Below are positions 13,633-27,499 of a stretch of 64,000 nucleotides of DNA, in pieces; position 1 is the stretch's first letter; every line of letters begins with the position of its first letter. This DNA is from Trichoplax sp. H2 (taxonomy: Eukaryota). The stretch lies in NCBI GenBank assembly GCA_003344405.1, contig NOWV01000016.1, positions 806,001 to 870,000 of the forward strand, in the 5' to 3' direction. The notes under the pieces were generated by a model that ran no database searches, was not told the DNA's origin, and was given only the letters and a program-made list of their open reading frames with translations. A program made the position numbers and the translations under genes.

Positions 13633-16507
13633 ACATCATTGTACATGTCCAACTGCTCTACAGTATCAGACTAAGCTGCAACCTCACAAATCGAAGCAGC
13701 AAATGCAATCAAAATAACCCACTGGTATGGACTCAGATGGGAATAGAGGGTTTTACAGACTGCTGCTCTTGACAAACATCTTGATTGGACGTGTAGTGAT
13801 GCACCCATAGTTGATTCTAAGGATGCCTATATACAGTAGGATGCAGTTAGGCTACTCTGAATAGCTATTATCTTGAAGTTAATATCACATGATTGCTAAC
13901 TACTATATTAGAAATGGGTGATGACTAATTATGGTACAAGATTGATGTGGCTAGAAACACTGCAGTCGTTAAAATGCCTTTCGGAGAAAGGGGCTAGACG
14001 TTCATAGAAGAGTAGTGACATCTTCAGTAGAACGATTTGGATTGTAGAAGGTAATGATGTACTACTACAGTATTTGAGGATAGTATTTTGTTGGATGACT
14101 CATGTCTGATTATAGATTAATCAAGTTGTCATAAATGGATTGAACGAAATGCAGATAACCACTGCACAGATGAACTCAAGGGAGAAGAGACTTCACTTCG
14201 CTTGGAGCTCGGAATACGTCCGATTTAAGATTAGATTCTTGTAGTCATTAATTATTGCTCTACTACTCCTAAAACCTTGTAATAAAATCCTTTTAGAAAT
14301 ACTATTTGACTAAGATAGTTATTGTGAGACACTTTTAGTACAGGACTATACGTTAGACAGTATTGATTTGCAGAACAATGACGATGAACAGTAGTCGAAG
14401 AGTCTAAAAATCAATATCCTCACCAATGTCTACAGTGATCATGACTACTCTAGTACTCTGTATTATTATTTTCAGTCTCTTGTAAAAACTGTCACCTCAT
14501 CCATTGGAGCAGCAAGTGAAATGGAGTCAGCCATTGATATGGGCGGATGCGAACAAAGATTTGATGTAGAGTCCTTAACTAAATGCAGTGTCTAGTGTAC
14601 ATACATTGGTGAGAGATAACTTTTAGTAAGGGACGAGATAGTAAAATAGGTTAGCACAAGTGACAAGGCTATGAAGCCGGTCCCCCAAAATATTCATTAC
14701 TCTTGCCATGAATTGAAAAATTAGAATTGCATGCTATTGCATACTAGTCTGTATAAACGTTAGCCTGCAAACAAAATGAGCTGATGATGATCTATCAGGT
14801 GCTGCTCTACCGTATTTGCAATCAAAGGTGACAGCCTAATTTTGCTAATCTTTCTGTATGCCATTTCTAATAAGTGCTAAGTTGATTACCTCTAAACTCT
14901 AGCTGAAATACGAGGGTAGATTGTAAGTTTCTTCAAGATATTTACAAGCAAATCAGCTACGATCGGGTTACTGCCATATTGCTTGGCATACGCAGTCACA
15001 ATTCGGTGCTAGAAAGCAGTCAGTCTATAGTCTTGAGGTATCCGCTTGAGTATTAGTATAGCAAGACAAGAATGATACACTGTGTCGTACAGTGTTCAGT
15101 AGTTTGGTAGGTGAAGTCTGCTGCCAGTCCACGAGTGAGAACGCTAGCTGAGCCTGCAAGCATCATTTTTGCACCCAGTTCCTATTCAGATCCCTTAAAA
15201 TCGGCAGTATTAAAGATTGATAGTTGTATAAAAGCAGAAGGAATTCAAGTACTTGTGGATTACCACTTTGGTATCCCATTGAACGTTATTACCTAGTCAG
15301 CCAAGAGAGAAATGTAAAACAACCTGGCATATTTCAAATGAGCTCCTTTTAATACTCGTTGTGCAGCTAGCCTAATGTCCAAACTACGTATGATATTGCC
15401 TCCACAATTCAAGCATTTGAAATTATATCCTTATCAGCCATTGCTCGAATTAAGGTATAGTAATCAGGTTATCGTAGATTCTTATTTTGAACCGCTTTCA
15501 AATGATCTGCAGTGACTGTCGGTCTTCTTGATCAAAGGTAATAATACCCACAACTCCAGCAAACTTGTCTAGCGCTTTGCTCATCCAGACTACATTGCTG
15601 TACAGTAGTTTACAATAAGGCGTTATTTATAATTATAATATAATTATGATTATGAATAATATTATGTCATGTAGAAAACAAGATATCCTTGATCAGTCAT
15701 TACTCAAATTGAAGGGTATAGCAAATCAGTCGTTGTTTCAATATTTATTAGTCATCCAACTTGCTTTCTAGAATGACTTTTTGATCATTTCATCTTACGT
15801 AATTGTAACGACTGCTTTACTGCTGGATATTAATACGAACTAGTCAAGTACTCTAGCAGATCATAAGAAATTACATTTAGTAGTATTTAAGGATCTCATA
15901 TTTCTTTTTATCATTACTCGGCTTAAGGTATGTAATCAAGTCGCTGTTTCAATTGTTTACTCGCGAACAATGATCCATAATGATTTTCGATCATCTTGAT
16001 CCAATGTTACTGTATCGTTTATCAACTGCCGCAAAGTGCAAATCAGTTAATTGCTATAGCTGCCTACTTGCTTCAATCTGTTATACTATTTTCACTATGT
16101 CTATTAGCAGTCAGTACGAATCGCTTGCTAGCCACTGCCTTGTTGGCTGCACGACAAGATGAACTATAGTTACAACTGTCTACAGCTCTTACAGTAAAAA
16201 AGAAAAACTCCTTTTTAACATCGAATTAGCTGATTTGTTGTTTCATGCTTGAGTATTCGCATACTACAACTTCAAGTGCCTGATTACTTCTAGACAGTGC
16301 ATCATCTTTATAAACTATAATACTAATTTTGCTAGAGATGAAACTACGGTAGCCGTATAGTCCAGCATTGTATTAAATTACAACATACTGTACATCTCCG
16401 TAGGATAGACATAATTTATTTTGTATGCTTTGGCTTTGCTTAACAGTGCAACCTGTTTCTATATTAAGTCATTTCTATCCTTGATCTAATGGTATTAACC
16501 ATGGCAG

Positions 16508-18020
16508 GAATAAAGAACGCCAGGTATGCCACCTATGCAAGTCATCCAGGAAGTACTATTGCTACGAATGCAATGTTATGTTAGGATTAACTCCGGATCA
16601 AATACCGAATGTAACTTTACCTGTACATATCGACATGTTAGTTCACTAAGAATATTCTATTAAAACACAGTAAAATTGAAAATCGCACTAATTTGCAATT
16701 ATTGTGAACTGGTATAAGGTTAAAAAACTCTTTTCGTTGTTTTAATAACACTATTGATAGCATTAAACATTATGCTGAAAAAGCTTCCAAGAGTACAACA
16801 TCACATGCTCGGATATTTGCTCCTCAATCAACATCAATATATCATTATCCGGTTGGTTTGAATTAGGATACAATGACTATAAAATTGCATCATTGAATAT
16901 AGTGCATGTATATTACTATAATGATTGTATTCTGTTTAAATATTAATTCCGACAGAATATGCCCTCCGTGAAAAATAAAAGTAAAGTAAGTTCTTTCTAT
17001 GATGAATGTCCTTACATGCCAAAATTTCCACCTTTTATAGTTTATACTCATAAATTGTTTCCATAATGTTTAGGCTATCCTGGTATATCCATGTAAGGTA
17101 AAGCGTACTACTCTATATGTATTATCTAGAACTTATTCCAATCTAATTTCGATAATATAATTATATTCATTAGTACTTGTGAATTGTGATGTAATAAAAT
17201 TTTGTATTTAGGATTCTTGTACCATTGAGGCATTGTCCTCTAAAATTAGCCATGGGCAACTCGATCAAGTGATTTTTATTGATAGTACCTGGAATCAAGC
17301 GACATCTATTTTTCAAGTAAATGAAAATTTGGGGACTAATTACGTAACCGTTTTCAGCTTTAAGCTACATGTCGTAATGAATGTAAAATTATTCGATACT
17401 CAACAAACTAAAATAATACGGTATGCTCCCACTTAGAAAGTCTTACATTGCAAATACTTATAATTTAATCTCAATCCATTCCAGAATGAAATGTTTTCAG
17501 ATATACAAAAAGTCCAACTTTCTACTGCTGAAACCTGTTACTGGAGGTAATGTCATACAAGTTGTAAATTCCATTATCTTATCGTGCGAAATACTAATAT
17601 TCTACAATTATCGATGGAAAATTTTGCAATATATATATGGGGCAAAGGCTACGAACTTGAACTATTTTCTATGATTGGAAATTATATTTCAATTAAATTT
17701 GAAGTATTTTATCTTTAGACCACAAGTGAAACAACCATCGACATATTTAGCGACGATAGAGGCTATATACTATTTTTGTGTGGAGTATCACAAGTACATT
17801 TTGAAAAGGTGAGTTGATGCACAAGCTGATAAAACTATGCAACTGTACTAGACTATTTTATCGTAAAATGGTGGTCTTAAACTTAAAATCGTGTTTCTAT
17901 ATATCTTTCTCTAGAGAATACCATGGAGAGTATGATAACCTATTGTACATGTATATTTTTCAGTATAATCTTGTACAAGAGAGCACGAAGCAACATTATC
18001 TTGATCATGAAAAGCAATAA
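16508..18020 (+). CDS. DTWD1: DTW-domain tRNA-uridine aminocarboxypropyltransferase (DTWD1-like). Exons 16508-16636, 16761-16851, 16956-16985, 17074-17097, 17212-17316, 17485-17546, 17719-17808, 17915-18020. 5' exon(s) unresolved (candidate ATG at 14521)
   Basis: Spliced translation RQVCHLCKSSRKYYCYEC...LPVHIDIIKH...KST...VIFIDSTWNQ...TCYWR...YLATIEAIYYF...YHGEYDNLL matches DTWD1 family motifs, including DSTW. Confidence 0.88.
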
Positions 18021-18648
18021 AAATTATTTGATTTAAAAACATTCTTCCATGTCTTTTACTTTATCTATATTTAAACATGCCTGTAAATTTTGATTCTGTA
18101 AGATAATTAAATATGCGGATAAATATGAAGATCCTGAAGCCTCTTTCTATTTTAATGTAATTACGGTACAACGGTTTTCTTAAAATTACTACAATAACAC
18201 CTCTAAAATAACAATCTATCGTGATATTTATTCGAAATCGCATACACACTCAATTACTCTTATTATGATTTAAGTTGTTTTTATTCATATTTCAAACCTA
18301 TTATAAGATTATGCTCTTGTCTGTTTAACTGTTAATTTCAATATATAACTGTAATCAATAAAGATTTTTAACTGCTATCTTGTCACTAAATAGTGTAACA
18401 GAGTTTAATATAGAATTGTTGCTAACTATTTTTATCGTTCTTAACAATCATAATTGAATTATTGCTATTCTATAGATACGCCTATATCTTGAAACTTTTA
18501 ATAGCTCCAAGCAGATATCTCTTATTAGAATTGAATTTATATTACGCAGAACGACAAGCACACTTTACTCTTGCAAAATAGCGCGTAGCAGTGATATAGC
18601 ATTTTTCGTTAATGAATACGTTTGACCTCCTTATCAGACACTATCCAG

Positions 18649-21263
18649 TTATGCGAATACCATTCGAGTCATTTTATTCTGTGCGGCTTTTTCGTGCGCT
18701 TCAATTTTTTGAGCCATGGCAAATAATTTGTTATAGTATTCTCTTACTATTTCTTTTACTTTTGCCCCACCTGCTCTTTTCATGTTATTTTCGTAAGCTT
18801 GAATCTTGTCAACCAAAGCCAAAATTTTCCTGTATTGCTCTTTTACTGCTTCCTTCACTTTTTCTTCTTTGTTTTGTGAGCCTACTCCGTGAGCTATAAT
18901 TTTCTTAGCCAAGGCAATTCTATTATTATAGAATTCCTTTTCCATCTCTTCCTCTTTTGCTCTATCTTCTCTGCTCTGCATATTTTCTTCATGAGATTTA
19001 ATTTCTTTAGCCACATCAAATAATTTTTTGCAGTAGTTCTCTGTCATTTCTTTTTTTTTAGTCATATCTTCTCCGCTCTGCTTACTATTTTCAGAAGCTT
19101 TAATTTCGTTAACCAAAGCAAGACAATTTTTGTAGTGTTCCTGTAGTATTTTTTTTGCTACATGATATCTATTCTGCGCGTTTATTCCACGATTTTTAAT
19201 TTTATGAGCTAAGTCAAATTTTTTTCTGTAGTGTTCCTTTATCATGTCCCTTATATTTGCCGTATCTTCTCTACTCTGTGTGTCTTTCTCGCGGGCTTTA
19301 AGTTTCTGATCCTTGTTAAATAATTCTTTGTGGTATTTCTTCACCATTTCTTTTCCATTTGCAGTATTTTCTCTGCTATTTCTGATGTTTCCAGAAATAA
19401 CATCAATCATGGATATATCGGCTCTACAATATGGTGCAGAATGATTATGATTTAGTCCATAGAATTAAAATGAAGCAGCGTTTTTACTCGAATATCTGGA
19501 TTTCCATTGACTTGCAATGAATTAAATACAGACTTCAACAAGCTATATAACAAAAGATAGCCACTTTATCCGGTTTGTATAAATCTTAATTCTACTAGAT
19601 AAATACAAGATATAAGAGAATCTACCACCATTTAAATTTTGAAAGTGCAGTTTTTTCCATCTTACCCGACTGGATCAGTAGCTACAAGGCTATCTATCAT
19701 ATTTCCGGCATTCGGCATTAGTGGAAGCTTATTTTTCCGGTTATGATCATTATCATCGTCATCGTCATCATCTTTATCGCTATTAAATTAAGACATGTAG
19801 GTTTAAGGCTGATTTAACTGTCCATGGTATTAAAAAATATACGTAATACTCTTTAATGAATGATTTAGAAGGTGTAGTTTACTATATTCATAAATGATTA
19901 ATGGATTAAGAGAATTTTGAGAAAATTCTTTCTCGCAATTAATGACATTATATCAGTTATCAGAAATTTACGAAATTAGGCACTTTGCAAAATGCCTGAA
20001 ATCCGAAGCTAGAAAGTCATCAATTCAACTACCGAACACAGATTAGTAATCTTACGGTGATTTTACTATCTATGGTCAAGATACATCAAATTCCTAATTG
20101 TATCATCTACACTCTATCATTTCTTACATACATACTACAAGTCTGAACAGTTATATAAGGTTTGGCATGCGCATGCAAATGATATTCTGCTGATATTACT
20201 TTTCCTGTTACTTTCATTTACTCATCTAATTGATTACATCAGAAACGACATATACGAATCGTTAACAAATCCAATATAATAAATACGGATAAATATTATG
20301 ACGAAATCTGTTTTTCCCCTACTGCCAATATTTATGGCTTATTGTGTCATTTTATGCGCAAGAAAGTTAGAAATTGGTATAGAATTACGAATAGATGTCG
20401 TTATACATAACCTATTGTTTCATCTATGTTACATTGTTAATAAATTTAATGTAGCGATGCTACGAAGTAATTTAGTTAATAGCTTAGTTAATTAAGTTAG
20501 CAAATTTGGCATTTCGATAGAATCATTTTTTTATCTATATGAATTATTTTAAATGCGTGTATTGCGTACAGTATATACTGCATAATTTAGAAATTTGACA
20601 GAGAATTACAAAACATACTGGGCATCTTTATGGACAATTTTTTCTAATATATTTTATGTACTTTATTAATTTGATATTATAGTACTGCTAAATAGTTTTA
20701 TTAGCTGTAAATTCTTTTTTCTTATTATTATGAGCTTCCTACAGTTTAAAAATATCGGTAAAATAGATCATAGTCTCCATAGTTTCAGGAAACTTTTTCC
20801 TAGTTGCTTTGACTATAACTTATTCTGCATAGTTAACAAATGTAGCATATTAATACTGATAGATATCATAAAGAAATGATCTCTATGATTGTAGAAACAC
20901 TTCTGTTTGTTACTAATTATTTTTGGGGCAAATTTTCCATTCATTTACATACCGTCTTGTAATTTCATCTCTCCTAGTCATTTCTTTTAATGCTTTATCG
21001 ACTAAAGTTTCAAGACTGATGTATTTCGTTGTGGCGGCGCTCGCCAATTCTATGATACGATAGAGGATGTAAAAAATACGACTTCTTAGAAATTTAAATT
21101 ACTTACTTTATCATATTATTTATTGTAAATTAGATATAATTCAGTTTTCATCATAACATTTTACGCTATGATAATCAAAAATGAATAACAAGAACGATTT
21201 TTATCTACCTGCTTGAATGATAGTGATAGCGATCAGTAATGTAGCTAATTTCAGACAGCACAT
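18649..21263 (-). CDS. Orphan secreted protein, ~346 aa: signal peptide, poly-Asp segment, seven 32-35-aa helical repeats. Exons 21209-21263, 20953-21049, 19666-19779, 18649-19423
   Basis: Four GT-AG exons join in phase (1041 nt) to give MCCLKLATLLIAITIIQAELASA...RRDKDDDDDDDNDH...ADIS followed by the 253-aa ORF. A TATA box lies upstream. No family recognised. Confidence 0.8.
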
Positions 21264-21327
21264 TTTTTTACCTTCCAACTCTGAACGTTAAGAAAAGAAA
21301 AATGAGATCATCAGTTTTGAAATGTCC

Positions 21328-21336
21328 TTTTTTATA
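21328..21336 (-). promoter_or_regulatory. TATA box of the secreted repeat-protein gene
   Basis: Minus strand reads gccaTATAAAAAAggac, about 65-70 nt upstream of the ATG at 21263. Confidence 0.55.
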
Positions 21337-23977
21337 TGGCAAATTAATATAAATTTAATTAATTCCAGTTGAAGTATTGACAAGCTATCGCATTTCTAAA
21401 ATGCACTAGTGTAAATCCTTTATTTTATCAGATGGATACTATATTTAAATAAACTTTTATCAAATTATTAATATTCAATGAAGCTGGAAATAGCCTATCG
21501 AAGAAGTGAACTTTTTAATTGAATTATAAAAGCTGAATTCTAGCTTATAGCAGCCAATCAATAACGCTAAAATAAAGTAACCGTATAATTAGCCAATTGT
21601 CATATCGTGCAATAAACTATCATAATATTGGATTAATCCGATGGGTAGAAGCCTGTGCCTGTCATACTAGATGAATAATTAATGTTGCTTATTTGGCGAT
21701 CATTAATAGGTAAATGAAATGATAATGATCATTCCGGATTAGATTAATAATTTACTCGCTCAAGGGTTTTATTATTGGGCGATAATTAAAGTATTAGCAG
21801 TATTGTTTCCAATTTTAGTTTAGATTACATCTGTTTATAGTAATGGCTCATTTATCTTTATTAAATGAAATTAAAGACATTGCCTATTATTTTATCCCTA
21901 ATAATATCCTATTACCGATACTTTGATCAACATCTAAAGTTGGATCGTCATGATACTCTTTGGTGCCTGCGTCTAATTAATCCTATGACAGTGGGCTTAG
22001 TCACTAGTAATACTATTGCCCAACTACGCCAAGAAATATAGAGCAATGATTGCCATTAAATGATTATTGAAATATCACACCATAGACATGTTGTATAAAA
22101 AGAAAATGCTTATTTACTGAATAATATATTAATTTTCAGTAAGTGCAAGCTACCGAATATCAAATTAGGGAATTAGATATAGGAATAGCCAGAATATTAC
22201 GGTTGTATTAAGAATTATCAGAGTAAGCATAAACAACATGGGAAATAAATTGTGGACTTCAGCTGAGATATTGCTACTGAGCTATTCAGTAATAATATTT
22301 ACTCCTGAATACATATAAATTCTTTCATTGTCTTGAATATAGACTTTTTTGTATTTTTAATCGTGGCTCGATTATCCGAATTATCGCGTCCTATTTTGAA
22401 GATATGTAGTGATGTAAAATGGGAAGCTAGCGTAAATTTATAGTGAAAGTGGCTGTCAAAGCTGTTTATTTAGAATGATTAACAAAGAAATTAACACTAA
22501 ATATAACACTATATGTAGAAATTTAGTTTAGACAGCTGCTGAACATGAAGTAATGATATATTCATTTACGATGTAGATTACTAAGTGGTAGGTTGATTCC
22601 TAGACAGGGAAATGTTTATTTTATGTACTTTGTAGACAAGTGAAAAAAGGTACGATTGATAACTAGGGCGAAGGTAAGTGTTATTGAATACAGGGTAAAA
22701 ATTATTTATTTAACCTAAAGAATATACTGATAAAATATCTATTACATTCACAACAATTTCTATATTCGTACGTTATGGACTTAAGTTGTAGATTTCGAGC
22801 GCAGATATGTAGTAGCTAATATTCACCTCAAAACTGTCACCATGTTTATTGAAATAAAAATATTCCAAATCACTAGATCTAAAAGGCTTCAAGAATATAT
22901 AAAAAATCCGAATTTTTTTCTCAAGTTTACAACATTGTTTTACGTGGTGCTAAAGTAGTTAGAGTTCAAGTAGATTCTAGAATGAAGTCAAAGTTTATAA
23001 ATTAAAAAATTTTTTAAGCTAACGGCTAGGTAGACCAATTAGATGGCAAGAAGAATAACAAAATTATGAGTTCCAAAAGTTAATAGCATTACCTTAAGAT
23101 CTTCTAGCAAATACAGTGCTGTATTAAGACTCAGGTAAATTTATATGAAGGCAGAGCTAATAAATAAAAAATGCTCCAAAATAACCGTTTGTTGAATCGA
23201 TAAGCTGTCATGGAAAGTAACAAAACACTCAATCTCTCAAATTTTACATAGGCGTTTTCGCATCCTTCTATAACTACAAGAATTCGGTTGAGTTTAGTAA
23301 TTAAGGCCGGGTTTTTAGATTAAAAGTACTTCAAACTAATGAATCTGCCAACGGATCTATATGTAAGAAAAGCAATTTTAATGTAGCTCAAGTTAATCTA
23401 ATTATAACTGTCATATTTGTGGATTGCATCAAAAATTTCCAACAGGTCTCGGTAGAATATTTATCTGATAATCCATATCATAAAAGATTGCCATATTAGA
23501 TATGACTAACGCGTATGAGCACAAAAGCTTATAACAGATATAGATTGCTATTATTGTATAACTGAATGAAACAGTGAAATACAAAAGGGAAAGTTGTAGT
23601 AATAAAAATATTTACTACGGTATTTCTCAACACTTAAATTGCAAGGCTGTGGCGGAGTTGCGACAATTATAAATGCTGATCATTCAGGTTTTAACTCTAA
23701 AAGATTATCCTTCTTCGTCTTCAGCTGATGATGACGAAAGCAGCTATTTTATTAAGATTAATTTCATAAAAAATGATTACCTGATGTATATAGTATACTA
23801 TTAAAGGTAATTTTGGTTCATAACCCAACAGATTAATATTGGATGAGTGTAAATACGCGTATCCGTAACTTTAAATCCTGCTAACAACTAAGTCAACGCT
23901 ACCATTATCAAAGATTACATTATAACGATATTTTATAGCTATTTTTTTCATAAATTCCCTACAGGCCTTATGATCGT

Positions 23978-26507
23978 AATGTACCACTTAAATCCTTATA
24001 CTTCAATGATATCAATTTATCAATATTATTATTATGTTACCATCCTCGGAAAATATTTATTATTACTTCTCTGTCTTAAACTAGCTTAATAGCTGAACAA
24101 CCAAATAGTAATTTAATATCAGGATCTCTCAAATTTCTTCCATGACTTACTATTTTATTTTTCGCCAAGCTAATCAGTCTATATAGATCACGTTCGCTTA
24201 CACGGGTTATGCACACATATGCATATACAATTTCTTGAGTTATTGTATATCATCATAAATTCTCGTAACTTGCTATTGTATATGCGCATAAAATAAAGTA
24301 TCAGTCTTCTGTTATCGCGATTTCTTTTATACATGTTCTTATGATTCAAATTATTGTAGCAGAAACAATCTGAAAATTGATATATGACCTAATAGTAGTG
24401 CAATTCTTAGAGAAATACGAGATATCAAATTCTCATTAAGTTTAAAGATACATGGCACGGTTTACAATTTAGATTTTGTGTAAGCTACTAACTAACTCAA
24501 TAGCCAATCTATTCATAATTTAGTGTCAATTTTCCGTTGACTTCTAGTATAATTTGCTATTTTTTTGCAGAGGAAAAGTATATCTCTAGTGATACTTTGC
24601 TGTACACATAACGTATAATTGCGTAATTTCGATTTAAGTCATATGATATCATAATGCGCGTGAGCTCCCATGATTCTACATCNNNNNNNNNNNNNNNNNN
24701 NNGAACTATTAATGCTGGATAGTACAATCTATTTAGTGGATCAAAAATACTATAGTTAACATATATTTTAATTCGGGGAAGGACCAAGCTAGTAATGAGT
24801 GACGAAAATAATTCTTAACAGTATTAATTGATAATCGATTTATTACTGTATATCAGCTCTTGGTTCAATCTTCTAATAGAACAAGTCTTTTTTCTATGAG
24901 CGAATGAAGGATTTCAGCATTAACTCGAATCAAAGCTTTCAAGCCATTCAGCTGATGCAGATATTTGAATAATGTGATGCACAATTGTACACGTAGTAAA
25001 TTCTAGAATTCAATTTATATGGTTCAAGTANNNNNNNNNNNNNNNNNNNNAATGTACCACTTAAATCCTTATACTTCAATGATATCAATTTATCAATATT
25101 ATTATTATGTTACCATCCTCGGAAAATATTTATTATTACTTCTCTGTCTTAAACTAGCTTAATAGCTGAACAACCAAATAGTAATTTAATATCAGGATCT
25201 CTCAAATTTCTTCCATGACTTACTATTTTATTTTTCGCCAAGCTACTTAGTATTTTATTTTTCGCCAAGCTAATCAGTCTATATAGATCACGTTCGCTTG
25301 CACGGGTTGTGCACACATATGCATATACAATTTCTTGAGTTATTGTATATCATCATAAATTCTCGTAACTTGCTATTGTATATGCGCATAAAATAAAGTA
25401 TCAGTCTTCTGTTATCGCGATTTCTTTTATACATGTTCTTATGATTCAAATTATTGTAGCAGAAACAATCTGAAAATTGATATATGACCTAATAGTAGTG
25501 CAATTCTTAGAGAAATACGAGATATCAAATTCTCATTAAGTTTAAAGATACATGGCACGGTTTACAATTTAGATTTTGTGTAAGCTACTAACTAACTCAA
25601 TCGCCAATCTATTCATAATTTAGTGTCAATTTTCCGTTGACTTCTAGTATAATTTGCTATTTTTTTGCAGAGGAAAAGTATATCTCTAGTGATACTTTGC
25701 TGTACACATAACGTATAATTGCGTAATTTCGATTTAAGTCATATGATATCATAATGCGCGTGAGCTCCCATGATTCTACATCCGGATGTAATAAGGCTAC
25801 TCATAACCAATATTTTTTAGGATTCCTACCATAACGTACTGTTACCTACTGTGACAGAAATAATTTGTTGCTTTAAAATACCGCTGATACACAGTGGTAT
25901 AGTTTAAGAATAATGCAGTAAAGAGCACAGCTAAAGTGCAGATACCCGCTTTCTCACCCTTATGGCGAGTTTTTTGTATGATTCAAAATCGATAAACCCA
26001 AAATTACCTAACTAGAAGTACCGGTATGCATTATGAAATTTGTATGATCAATTCATCGCATAAGCTTTAACTGCTCGACAGATATCCATACGCATGCAAA
26101 TGTTATAATTTGAGCAGAACTATTAATGCTGGATAGTACAATCTATTTAGTGGATCAAAAATACTATAGTTAACATATATTTTAATTCGGGGAAGGACCA
26201 AGCTAGTAATGAGTGACGAAAATAATTCTTAACAGTATTAATTGATAATCGATTTATTACTGTATATCAGCTCTTGGTTCAATCTTCTAAGGCTCATTTT
26301 AGATTGCAGACGGTAATGTATATGTTATATATATATAATAATATAATACACAATAGAACAAGTCTTTTTTCTATGAGCGAATGAAGGATTTCAGCATTAA
26401 CTCGAATCAAAGCTTTCAAGCCATTCAGCTGATGCAGATATTTGAATAATGTGATGCACAATTGTACACGTAGTAAATTCTAGAATTCAATTTATATGGT
26501 TCAAGTA
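23978..26507. other. Gap-flanked duplication, probably uncollapsed haplotypes: 23978-24682 matches 25051-25782, and 24703-25030 matches 26118-26507 (plus ~62-nt insertion)
   Basis: Near-identical copies end exactly at the 20-N gaps (24683-24702, 25031-25050) and differ only by SNPs and small indels. Confidence 0.85.
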
Positions 26508-27499
26508 GCATTATTGCTACTATTGAATTTACTATATTTATGAGGACCACTGTACCATTAAAGGAGCTATTTATCCCAATATCAATACCTATATATCTTT
26601 AGGTCTCACATCATAACAAATAGTGAAAATTTACGATTATCTATTATAAAATGGATATATAAATTATGAGCCAAGAAAGGGTGTCTTCCGGCATAACACA
26701 GGTGTCTACCTAGGCGTTTAGTAAATATAGTATCTAAAAATTGATGTAAGACGTTGTTGACAATACCTTTGTTTATCTATATTGACGTAGCATATTTGAA
26801 GAGAATGTAAAACTGTCGTTATAGGCTACCTATCTATCGCAATAAACTATGGCAATATAGCTGGAATGATGATAAAAGTATAAGCTAGTTAGCGTACTGC
26901 ACATAACAGCCGGATTTTATACCGACTACAGTAGATAAGGTAATTATATCTTGCTTTATGGCAAACGTATTCATTATCCGTAAGTGAATACACTTAGATT
27001 TTTTGTTAGGATTCTTCCGTAAATTATTCTTATATAATTGTCAAATTAAATAAGTTCATCAAAGAATAATTGAATCAAGTCATACGTTGTCGTAAACATG
27101 TTAAATCTAAACAACCGGCGTTAGATCGGATGGCATTAAAAATAAATCATTTAATTTATATTGTTTCTTCAAAGTAAGTTTCATTCTCATGATAACATAC
27201 CGGCTAGACAAAGAATACATGATATTGTTGCTCTTAGCAGATTGCTTACTATTTGTAGCACTAGATGAAATAATAATCATACGAACTGTAAATGAGATAC
27301 GTGTAAAGACAACTTTAATCAATCCATGGTATTGTTAAAAACAATATCTAATTCGTTCCTGCTCACTATATATCAATTTATTTTCGTGATCGGCATCAAT
27401 GTGCGTTATATTAATACGGCTTGATAGGCTGTAAATCTCTCAAGAAAATAATAATATGGAATTTGATATTACCCATGAAGCAAGAAGTTATAAACTTCA

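Noticed and set aside
18612-18899. Hydrophobic 95-aa plus-strand ORF
   Set aside because: Antisense shadow of the Lys/Glu-rich repeat exon.
24557-24787. ORF spanning the N gap
   Set aside because: Artefact of undefined bases.
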